From Candidatus Omnitrophota bacterium (GTDB taxonomy: Bacteria > Omnitrophota > Omnitrophia > Omnitrophales > Omnitrophaceae): 46,046 nt of DNA. Below are positions 35,388-42,750 of the stretch, piece by piece; position 1 is the stretch's first letter; each line of letters begins with the position of its first letter. Position numbers and translations under genes: made by a program. The stretch covers positions 1-46,046 of the forward strand of contig JACQVP010000087.1 of NCBI GenBank assembly GCA_016209715.1, read 5' to 3'. The notes beneath the pieces were generated by a model. It saw nothing but the letters and a program-made list of their open reading frames with translations. It was not told the DNA's origin and searched no databases.

Positions 35388-35435
35388 ATTTATAGGACCT
35401 TTTCCGGAGGCGGTAACTACCGGCCCAAAGGAGGG

Positions 35436-36152
35436 TTATATCGCGGGCGGATTTTCTTTTGGAATGTTGAATCGTTCTTTGTATTTGTCGATCAAACTGT
35501 TGATCGTGACGAGGTCGCGCACCCGGACCTGGTTGATCTCGGGGGTTTGATCTTCTCGGACGGCCTCGGCGAAGAGCTTGCGATAGGTCATGAGCGCGTC
35601 CAAGAAACGGAATCCGCTTCGCTGGTCTTTCGAACTCATTTCGAAGATGTATTCGGTGATGAAGCTCATGTTCTGGCTTTTTTCGGGATAATTCTTGAGG
35701 AATTCAATTTCGGTGGCGAAAACCTCCTCCAACAATTGATAAGCGTTCAACAGCGTGTTCCGGACGAAGAGTTGGGATTCCGAACGGGTCTGTATTCCTT
35801 GGAGATATTGGATCTTGGAGCGGATCATTTCCTGCTGCGCGAAAATCCCGGTTGGATTGATCAAGGATTCCGGAGGCACTCCTGTCGCCATAATGTCCCG
35901 GAGTTCCGCTTGCCTGCGTTCGTAAATTTCATCGAAAGTCAGGAACTCGGAAATGCTCAAAAACTGAAAGAAAAGGTCCGGCTTTGGTTTTTCGGGCGCC
36001 GGGGCGGACGCTTCCGGCGCTTTCGCGACGGGCGTTTTCATTCGGCATTTTTTGAGCGCGGCTCCGTGGCGGTATTCGTGGATCGCGTCCGCAGCGAAGA
36101 AGCCCAGAAGAAAAAAAGCGACCAGGGAGAGGAGGGCCGTCGTTTTTCTCAT
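35436..36152 (-). CDS. Hypothetical secreted protein
   Basis: ATG 36152 gives MRKTTALLSLVAFFLLGFFAADA (signal peptide), then a P/A/K linker and a helical domain. The 469-aa ORF-track version extends across the DUF420 gene on the other strand and is rejected. Confidence 0.6.
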   Translation of the reverse strand: MRKTTALLSLVAFFLLGFFAADAIHEYRHGAALKKCRMKTPVAKAPEASAPAPEKPKPDLFFQFLSISEFLTFDEIYERRQAELRDIMATGVPPESLINPTGIFAQQEMIRSKIQYLQGIQTRSESQLFVRNTLLNAYQLLEEVFATEIEFLKNYPEKSQNMSFITEYIFEMSSKDQRSGFRFLDALMTYRKLFAEAVREDQTPEINQVRVRDLVTINSLIDKYKERFNIPKENPPAI

Positions 36153-36182
36153 GGCTAAATTGTAGCATGGAGCGGGCGGTGA

Positions 36183-36191
36183 TGCTAAGAT
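36183..36191 (+). promoter_or_regulatory. Extended -10 element TGcTAAGAT upstream of the DUF420 gene
   Basis: TG-c-TAAGAT at 36183-36191, 9 nt before ATG 36201, which predicts a ~3-nt leader. No SD. Confidence 0.3.
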
Positions 36192-36200
36192 AACCGCCTT

Positions 36201-36620
36201 ATGGACTTTTCGCAATTGCCGGCCCTCAATGCGTCTTTGAACATGGCCAGCGCTTTTTTGGTCCTGCTGGGTTTTGTTTTCATCAAACAGCGGGCCATCA
36301 CGGCCCACACCATTGCCATGCTGGGCGCCTGCCTGACTTCGACCCTGTTCCTCGTCTCCTATCTCACGTACCACTATTTTCACGGCTCCATCCGGTTCCA
36401 GGGGCAGGGATGGCTCCGCGCGCTTTACTTCGTCGTTTTGATCTCGCACACGGTTTTGGCTGCGGTCATTCTGCCGATGGTCTTGGCCACTCTCTGGCAG
36501 GCCCTCCGGGGCCGATTCGTCAAACACGCCGCCTGGGGGCGGGTGACGCTTCCGGTTTGGCTGTATGTCTCGATCACCGGGGTGGTCGTCTATTGGATGC
36601 TTTATCGTCTCCATGTCTGA
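36201..36620 (+). CDS. DUF420-family integral membrane protein
   Basis: 139 aa with four helices. The LPALNASLNMASAFLVLLGFVFIK and ISHTVLAAVILPMVLATL blocks are typical of DUF420. Confidence 0.75.
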   Translation: MDFSQLPALNASLNMASAFLVLLGFVFIKQRAITAHTIAMLGACLTSTLFLVSYLTYHYFHGSIRFQGQGWLRALYFVVLISHTVLAAVILPMVLATLWQALRGRFVKHAAWGRVTLPVWLYVSITGVVVYWMLYRLHV

Positions 36621-37362
36621 ACGGAAAGATCCCTTCGGCTTCTGGTTCTGGCTGGGATGGATTGTCTGGTTCGCCGTCTCTCTGGTCCTCGCGGCGGTGG
36701 TTTGGACGCGTCTGCTCGACAGAGTATTCGGCCGGATTGAAGGAATAGAACTCACGGCGACTTGGAGCTTGGCGGTGTTCGGCACCTGGTTTTTGTTCCT
36801 GGTTCCTTTCATCCGGAAAAAAGAGCAGATATGGAAGCGCCTCAACGACGATCAGGAGGCGGCCGTGGACGCCTGGCTCATCGGACTGAGCGCCTTCATC
36901 GCGTCCGGGATCGGGGCGACTTTTTTCTGGAGTTTAAAGCTGAGAGGGACCCCCTGGCTCAAGGCCGTGACAGTCACTTGGCTGGCTCTCATGATTCCGG
37001 GCCTCCTCTGGATGTACCGGGCGGCGGGGCGCATTTTCAAATCCGCGGAGTCGCGCCAAGGGCCGGAAACGCGCCGGTACCGCAAGCAGTTCGTTCCCCG
37101 GAACCAGCGCTTGATTCCTGAGCCGGTTTCGGAGAAAATCAAGCGCATGTCCCCCACGCTCCCGAAGGGACACGTGGTAACGGTCCTCCTCAAGAGTGGG
37201 GTCCGGATCCCCGGCGTGTTTATTTATGACTGCGCCGAAGTGCTCGGCGTGTATGACCGGGACCTCGATTTTAATCCGGCGGAGATTGAGGACGCGGAAT
37301 TGACGGAACCGGGGCGATTGCCCGCCTTCGAAGAATCCAAATGGCTGAGGCTGGACGGATGA
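36613..37362 (+). CDS. Hypothetical membrane protein (4 TM plus C-terminal soluble domain)
   Basis: ATG 36613 overlaps the DUF420 stop by 8 nt. Hydrophobic segments FWFWLGWIVWFAVSLVLAAVVW, WSLAVFGTWFLFLVPF, LIGLSAFIASGIGATFFW and VTVTWLALMIPGLLWM. No family recognised. Confidence 0.55.
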   Translation: MSERKDPFGFWFWLGWIVWFAVSLVLAAVVWTRLLDRVFGRIEGIELTATWSLAVFGTWFLFLVPFIRKKEQIWKRLNDDQEAAVDAWLIGLSAFIASGIGATFFWSLKLRGTPWLKAVTVTWLALMIPGLLWMYRAAGRIFKSAESRQGPETRRYRKQFVPRNQRLIPEPVSEKIKRMSPTLPKGHVVTVLLKSGVRIPGVFIYDCAEVLGVYDRDLDFNPAEIEDAELTEPGRLPAFEESKWLRLDG

Positions 37363-39203
37363 AAACAATCATGGACGAATATCAAGGGCTGTACGATTCG
37401 TTTCTGTCGTCGCGATGCGCCAAGCAGTGGGCGCGCATCGGCGTCCGCCGGCGGGCCGGGGTGGCGACCCCGCTGTTCTCCCTTTATTCCTCGCAAAGCG
37501 CCGGGATCGGCGACCTGCTGGATCTGAAATTGCTCCTGGATTGGTGCCGGAAGTGCGGCATGACCATCCTTCAACTGCTCCCGATGAACGACGTCGGTTT
37601 TGATTTCCGCCCTTACGATTCGCACAGTTCTTTCGCCCTCGAGCCGGTTTATCTCTCTTTCAGAGGCTTGTCGGGCGTCGACGGGGCCCGCCATCAGAAA
37701 GACGTCGACGCCCTTCGCGCCAAATTTCCCGCCGGGCGCAGCCGCGTGGATTACGGCATCAAAAAAGAAAAAATGGAACTTTTGTGGAAGATCTTCCGGG
37801 ACGTCCGGGCGGCCCTTCCGGCCTCCTTCGCCGCCTACCGGGCGAGGAACCGTTTCTGGTTGAAAGATTACGCGCTTTTCAAGGTCATCAAGGAGACCCA
37901 CGAACAGAGGGCGTGGGATTCCTGGGAAGAGGGGCTGAAGCACCGCGACCCCGCGCGATTGAAACAGTTCGAAGCCGGGAACGAAACGCGCGTGCTCTTC
38001 TACGAATGGCTGCAGTGGCAGCTCCACGAGCAGTTCGTCGAGGTGAAACGCCATGCCGAGAGCCGGGGAGTGCTCCTCTTGGGCGACCTGCCGCTCTTGG
38101 TCTCGCGGGACAGCGCCGATGTCTGGAGCCACCAGGAATATTTCAAGCTCGATTATTCCGCCGGGGCGCCGCCCGACATGTACATCGCGCGGGGCCAGCG
38201 GTGGGGCATGCCGCCCTATGATTGGGGCCGTATCGCCGGGCACGGGTACGATTATTTGAAAGAGAAACTCACTTACGCGCAAAATTTTTATGATCTTTTC
38301 CGGATCGATCACGTGGTCGGTATTTTCAGGATCTGGACCATTCCGCTTTCCGAGCCGTCGGAAAACGGCGGCTTGAACGGCCATTTCGACCCGCCTGACG
38401 AAAATGTTTGGGAAGATCACGGGCGCACCCTGCTCAACGTGATGCTCGACCATACGGGCATGCTTCCTTGCGCCGAGGATCTGGGCGTCGTGCCTCCTTG
38501 TTCCTACAAGCTGCTGGCGGAATTCGCCATCCCGGGCATGGATGTCCAGCGCTGGACCAAGTCCTGGGAGGGGGATCACGGGTTCAAGCCCCCCGCCGGA
38601 TACCGCACGAATTCCGTGAATGTGATTTCGACGCACGACATGAGCAACCTCGCCGGCTGGTGGGAGTTCGAGGCGGGGACCGTGGACGAGGAAATGTTCC
38701 TCCGGAAATGCGTGACGAGGGGAATTTCGTCCGAGGCGGTGAAACCGGCGTTGTTTGATGCCGCCAAATCCAGGCACGGGAAATTGCGCTGGAAAGCCGA
38801 GATATCTTCACCCGCCGTGCTGGCCGGCGCCCTGGGCCGCCGCGAAGACGAAGTCCGGGATTTTATTGATCTTTACCTCGGTTCCTACAACGAAAAATCG
38901 GCTTACTGGAGGTATCTGGGCCTCGAGGGGCCGGTGCGGGAACAATTTTCGCCCGAGTTGGGCCGGAAAGCGCTTGAAACGGCCAACCGGACCGCCTCGA
39001 TCTTCAGCATTCAGCTGCTTCAGGACTGGCTCTCCATGGACCCGTCTTTCCGGTTTGATCCGTGGACTTACCGGATCAATTTCCCGGGGACCATGACCGA
39101 CGCGAACTGGAGCTTGACCCTTCCTTTTCCGCTTGAGAAGTTGTCGAAACTCGAAACCACGGGCCTGATCAAGGGCCTGAACCAACAAACGGGGAGAATC
39201 TGA
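37359..39203 (+). CDS. malQ: 4-alpha-glucanotransferase (amylomaltase, GH77)
   Basis: GH77 blocks LLPMND, SPYxxxSxFA-like (RPYDSHSSFA), LLGDLPLLVSRDSADVW, FRIDHVVGIFRIW, PCAEDLGVVP and STHDMS. ATG 37359 shares ATGA with the upstream stop. The ORF-track start is 37341. Confidence 0.9.
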   Translation: MKTIMDEYQGLYDSFLSSRCAKQWARIGVRRRAGVATPLFSLYSSQSAGIGDLLDLKLLLDWCRKCGMTILQLLPMNDVGFDFRPYDSHSSFALEPVYLSFRGLSGVDGARHQKDVDALRAKFPAGRSRVDYGIKKEKMELLWKIFRDVRAALPASFAAYRARNRFWLKDYALFKVIKETHEQRAWDSWEEGLKHRDPARLKQFEAGNETRVLFYEWLQWQLHEQFVEVKRHAESRGVLLLGDLPLLVSRDSADVWSHQEYFKLDYSAGAPPDMYIARGQRWGMPPYDWGRIAGHGYDYLKEKLTYAQNFYDLFRIDHVVGIFRIWTIPLSEPSENGGLNGHFDPPDENVWEDHGRTLLNVMLDHTGMLPCAEDLGVVPPCSYKLLAEFAIPGMDVQRWTKSWEGDHGFKPPAGYRTNSVNVISTHDMSNLAGWWEFEAGTVDEEMFLRKCVTRGISSEAVKPALFDAAKSRHGKLRWKAEISSPAVLAGALGRREDEVRDFIDLYLGSYNEKSAYWRYLGLEGPVREQFSPELGRKALETANRTASIFSIQLLQDWLSMDPSFRFDPWTYRINFPGTMTDANWSLTLPFPLEKLSKLETTGLIKGLNQQTGRI

Positions 39204-39205
39204 CT

Positions 39206-40156
39206 GTGGTCACAGCCTGGCACTGGATTACCTTCAACGTGTTCATCGTTTCATTGTTGCTGCTCGATCTCTTTGTCTTTCAGCGGAAGACCCATGAGGT
39301 CAAGCCGCGGGAGGCGGTTATTATGGCCGGTTTTTGGATCGCGCTCGCGGGGGTATTCAATGTCCTGATTTGGATGTGGCGCGGCCATGATGCCGGACTC
39401 GAGTTCCTGACGGGCTACCTGATCGAGAAAGCGCTGAGCGTCGACAATTTGTTCGTTTTTCTCCTGATCTTCTCCTTCTTCAAAGTAGACCGCCGCTATC
39501 AGCACAAGGTCCTTTTTTGGGGCATTCTGGGCGCGATGATCATGCGGGCGCTCTTCATCCTCGCCGGCACGACGCTGATCCATCATTTCCATTGGGTCAT
39601 GTACGTCTTCGGCGCCATGCTCATTTTCACCGCCATCAGCCTGGCGATGGAGAAGGACAAGGAGGTGCGCCCGGAAAAGAACCTGGTCCTCAAGATCTTT
39701 CGCAAGCTCATGCCGGTCACCCCCGAGTACCACGGGGAGAAATTTTTCATCCGGGTCGACAACCGGCTGTGGGCCACGCCGCTTTTCGTAGTCCTTCTGG
39801 CCGTCGAAACCACGGACGTTATTTTTGCCATCGATTCCATCCCGGCCATTTTTGCCGTTACCACGGATCCCTTCATTGTCTACACCTCCAACATGTTCGC
39901 CATCCTCGGCCTGCGCTCGCTTTTTTTCGCCCTTTCCGCGTTCATGGTCACGTTCCACCACCTCCACTACGGCTTGTCCTTTATCCTGCTCTTCATCGGC
40001 GTGAAAATGCTCATCGTCGATTTTTACAAGATCCCCATCTGGCTTGCGCTTTCCGTGATCGTGGTGACGCTCATCGTGTCCGTCGTTGCCTCCATCATGG
40101 ATCCCAAAGTCCAGAAGGAACTTGAGAAAGAATTGGATCCGGGGAAGAATCCGTAA
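39206..40156 (+). CDS. TerC-family integral membrane protein
   Basis: GTG start 2 nt after the malQ stop, with GGGGAG upstream. Paired TerC motifs EKALSVDNLFVF and VETTDVIFAIDSIPAIFAVT. Confidence 0.9.
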   Translation: MVTAWHWITFNVFIVSLLLLDLFVFQRKTHEVKPREAVIMAGFWIALAGVFNVLIWMWRGHDAGLEFLTGYLIEKALSVDNLFVFLLIFSFFKVDRRYQHKVLFWGILGAMIMRALFILAGTTLIHHFHWVMYVFGAMLIFTAISLAMEKDKEVRPEKNLVLKIFRKLMPVTPEYHGEKFFIRVDNRLWATPLFVVLLAVETTDVIFAIDSIPAIFAVTTDPFIVYTSNMFAILGLRSLFFALSAFMVTFHHLHYGLSFILLFIGVKMLIVDFYKIPIWLALSVIVVTLIVSVVASIMDPKVQKELEKELDPGKNP

Positions 40157-40219
40157 GCGCCTATCGTTCTCCAATTCCCGGACCGCTGTCCTCCTGAATG
40201 TCCCCCCTTAATCCCCTTT

Positions 40220-40301
40220 TTGCTTATAATTGATAAGAATTGATAAGTATAATTTGCTTCTGATTTGATTTTTTATAAAACCAGGGCTATCTTTTTATAA
40301 A
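40220..40301 (+). promoter_or_regulatory. AT-rich repeat-laden control region of the Hpt/ATPase/kinase operon
   Basis: Two TATAAT boxes 23 bp apart, the 10-bp tandem repeat, TGATT-TGATT (40261-40270), and two TTTATAAA palindromes 22 bp apart (40272-40279, 40294-40301). No convincing -35 for any hexamer. Confidence 0.4.
40228..40247. repeat. Perfect tandem 10-bp direct repeat AATTGATAAG x2
   Basis: Copies at 40228-40237 and 40238-40247, flanked on each side by TATAAT (40225-40230, 40248-40253) and TTGCTT (40220-40225, 40254-40259). Confidence 0.8.
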
Positions 40302-40310
40302 GCAAAGGCT

Positions 40311-40616
40311 ATGGACCCTCAACGGATCGTCGTTCGGGCGGACCCCGAAATCAAAGACCTGATTCCTCTCTTTATAAAGCACCGCCACGAGGACATCGGG
40401 CGAATCCGCGAATGCCTTCGGCAAAGTGATTTTGAAACCATCGAAATGCTGGGACACAGCATGAAGGGCGTGGGGAAAGGATACGGTTTCGCCGAGATCA
40501 CGGTCCTCGGCGGGCAAATCGAGAGCGCCGCGAAAGGCCGGTTCGCGGAGGCGGTCGAAAATTTGGTCCGGGAGTTGGACACCTACCTCAACTGCGTGGA
40601 TGTCATTTATGAATAA
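40311..40616 (+). CDS. Histidine phosphotransfer (Hpt) domain protein
   Basis: 101 aa, four-helix-bundle-like, with the Hpt signature LGHSMKGVGKGYG. Confidence 0.8.
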   Translation: MDPQRIVVRADPEIKDLIPLFIKHRHEDIGRIRECLRQSDFETIEMLGHSMKGVGKGYGFAEITVLGGQIESAAKGRFAEAVENLVRELDTYLNCVDVIYE

Positions 40617-42750
40617 CCACCATTCTTCCATGATGTCCGGGCCGCTGGCGCGCTTTCCGGGGTTCGTCGAATTCATTTGCTCCAAAACGGGCCAGAACCA
40701 ATTGGTGCTGGATCAATTGAAGCAGATGGGAAGCACGGACTTGTTCCGCTTCCCCGAATTGACCGGGATCACGGAAGAAATCCTGGCGGAATTCATCGCC
40801 GAATACTGCGCCCTCCCGCTCTTGACCTACATCAACCCCAGCCAGATCCACCTGGAGCCGTTTTCGAAAAATTTTTGCCGCGCCCATCACCTGGTCCCTC
40901 TCAAGGACGAAAAAGGGCGGCGCGTCCTGGCCCTCGCCAATCCATTCAACCTCGAGCTTTTGGATTCGCTGGCGGCCCGGTTCCAGGGACAGCCGTTCGA
41001 GATCCGCGTGGCCGAGCGGCAGACGATCGCCTTTCTTTTGGTGGAGGAGAACGTCGACGATTCCGAAGAGGTCGGGCAGGGGGCGAGCGGGTTCATCGAT
41101 CTCTTGAAGTCGGAAAGAGAGCTGGAGAAATTCCCGATCATTCACATGGCCAGCAACCTGCTTCACGCCGCCGCGCTCCGCAAGGCGAGCGACATCCACA
41201 TTGAGCCGAAAGACGCTCACATAGCGGTCCGCTTCCGCATCGACGGCGACATGAACGAAGTCTACGGAATCAAAAAGGAAACCGGCGTCAAGTTGATTTC
41301 CCGGTTCAAGGTGCTCGGCGGCCTGGACATCTCGGAGAAGCGCAAACCGCAGGACGGCGCGGTCGAAGTCACCATCGATCACCGCATTTTCAAGCTGCGG
41401 CTGGCCACCAGTTCCACGCCCAAAGGCGAATGTCTCATCATCCGGCTGCTGGACACGAGCGTTAAACCGAGGAGCCTGGATGTCCTCGGGATGTCCTCCG
41501 CGCAGGTGAAGTCGCTGATCGGTTTGGCGAACCGACAGGCGGGATTGATCCTGATCGTGGGGTCGACCGGCTCGGGCAAGACGACCACCATTTACAGCCT
41601 GCTGGCCCAAATGAACTGCGCCACCAAGAGCTTGATCTCGGTCGAAGACCCGGTGGAATACCGCATCCCGTTTGCCAACCAGCAGCAGGTGAACGAGAAG
41701 GCGGGACTCACCTTCGAGTCGCTTTTGAAATCGACCCTGCGCCAGGACCCGGACATCCTTTTTTTGGGAGAGGTGCGGGACCCATTTTCCGCCAAATCGT
41801 CCTTTGATTTTGCCAGCACCGGACACGTGACCGTGACGTCGCTCCACACGGCGAACGCGACCACCGCGATCTTCCGCCTCGAGCGCCTCGGCATCACGCG
41901 TGAAAACATCGCGGACACGATCCTCGGGATCGTCGCCCAGAAACTCCTGAAAAAATTGTGCGTGCACTGCAAGCAAACAGGGCCCCCGACCGCGGCCGAA
42001 AAAGAGTGGCTCGTCCGCTTCCGGGGCGAGATGCCGTCGACCGTGGCGCGCCCCAAGGCCGGCGGCTGCGTGCAATGCAACCACAGCGGATATTCCGGCC
42101 GCGAAGGGGTCTACGAAATCATCGAATTTGACGCGGAAATAACGGCGCGCATCCGCGCGGGGCAGTCGATTTCCGAGATCCGCGGGTTCATCGAAGGCCG
42201 CGGCGATTACCTGATGAGCCATTCCGCCGTCGACAAGGTGAGACAGCTCATATTCTCGCCGAAGGACATTTATGAGAAGGTCCTGGTGGAGGAGCCAGAA
42301 GCCGGAGAGGCGGGCGCCGAGCGGGAAGAGGACATCGTCCAGGAAGAGACGGCCGCCAAGCCGGCCCGCCGGGAGGTCGCCGAACACCCCTCGATCCTGG
42401 TGGTGGAAGACGATCGGGACATGAGGCTTTTGCTCCGGCGCCTCTTGGAAAGCCGCGGGTATGAAATCATCATCGCGGAAGACGGGGTCGAGGCCTTGCT
42501 CACGCTGGGGAAGAAGAAATTCGATCTCATCCTCTCCGATGTCAACATGCCGAACCTGAACGGCTTCAAACTGCTGGAGATGCTCAGCCAGAAAGGCATC
42601 CGCATCCCGGTCCTCTTTTTGACGGGGCAATCCCGGGAGGAGGACGAGATCACGGGATTCGAACTGGGAGCGTTCGATTACATTAAAAAACCGGTCCAAA
42701 AGGAGATCCTCCTGCACCGCATCCGGAAGGCGCTGCAGACGCCGTCATGA
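40600..42750 (+). CDS. GspE/PilB-family secretion ATPase fused to a C-terminal response-regulator receiver domain
   Basis: Domains in order:
- T2SSE_N-like N domain (FCRAHHLVPLKDEKGRRVLALANPFNLELLDSL)
- Walker A GSTGSGKTTT
- Asp box SVEDPVEY
- Walker B DPDILFLGEVRD
- His box TGHVTVTSLHT
- tetracysteine CVHC...CVQC
- acidic linker
- receiver domain (ILVVEDD, LILSDVNMPNLNG, FLTG, IKKP). Confidence 0.9.
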   Translation: MSFMNNHHSSMMSGPLARFPGFVEFICSKTGQNQLVLDQLKQMGSTDLFRFPELTGITEEILAEFIAEYCALPLLTYINPSQIHLEPFSKNFCRAHHLVPLKDEKGRRVLALANPFNLELLDSLAARFQGQPFEIRVAERQTIAFLLVEENVDDSEEVGQGASGFIDLLKSERELEKFPIIHMASNLLHAAALRKASDIHIEPKDAHIAVRFRIDGDMNEVYGIKKETGVKLISRFKVLGGLDISEKRKPQDGAVEVTIDHRIFKLRLATSSTPKGECLIIRLLDTSVKPRSLDVLGMSSAQVKSLIGLANRQAGLILIVGSTGSGKTTTIYSLLAQMNCATKSLISVEDPVEYRIPFANQQQVNEKAGLTFESLLKSTLRQDPDILFLGEVRDPFSAKSSFDFASTGHVTVTSLHTANATTAIFRLERLGITRENIADTILGIVAQKLLKKLCVHCKQTGPPTAAEKEWLVRFRGEMPSTVARPKAGGCVQCNHSGYSGREGVYEIIEFDAEITARIRAGQSISEIRGFIEGRGDYLMSHSAVDKVRQLIFSPKDIYEKVLVEEPEAGEAGAEREEDIVQEETAAKPARREVAEHPSILVVEDDRDMRLLLRRLLESRGYEIIIAEDGVEALLTLGKKKFDLILSDVNMPNLNGFKLLEMLSQKGIRIPVLFLTGQSREEDEITGFELGAFDYIKKPVQKEILLHRIRKALQTPS

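Noticed and set aside
35382-36158. 258-aa + strand ORF overlapping the minus-strand hypothetical gene 35436-36152
   Set aside because: The minus-strand product has a clean signal peptide and protein-like composition. The + strand translation is R/G/F/E-rich and has no start context. I kept the minus-strand gene.
36153-36845. N-terminal 231-codon extension of the minus-strand ORF 35436-36845 (469 aa)
   Set aside because: The extension runs antisense across the well-defined DUF420 gene. The internal ATG at 36152 yields a proper signal peptide.
39204-39205. yybP-ykoY (Mn) riboswitch upstream of terC, and ZTP riboswitch upstream of purH/folate genes
   Set aside because: terC starts 2 nt after malQ, and purH overlaps pabC. 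There is no non-coding space to hold a riboswitch.
40600-40760. c-di-GMP-binding MshEN motif in the N-terminus of the GspE-like ATPase
   Set aside because: I could not align the RLGxxLLxxGLLxxxxLxxxLxxQ pattern convincingly to FPGFVEFICSKTGQNQLVLDQLKQ. It is left open for a profile search and is not claimed.
40603-42717. 704-aa ORF on the minus strand mirroring almost the whole GspE-receiver gene
   Set aside because: It is an antisense shadow of a gene with unmistakable conserved motifs on the + strand. The translation is R/G/P/D/L-rich with no recognisable domain and no RBS or promoter. GC-rich third-position codon bias removes stops from the antisense frame.
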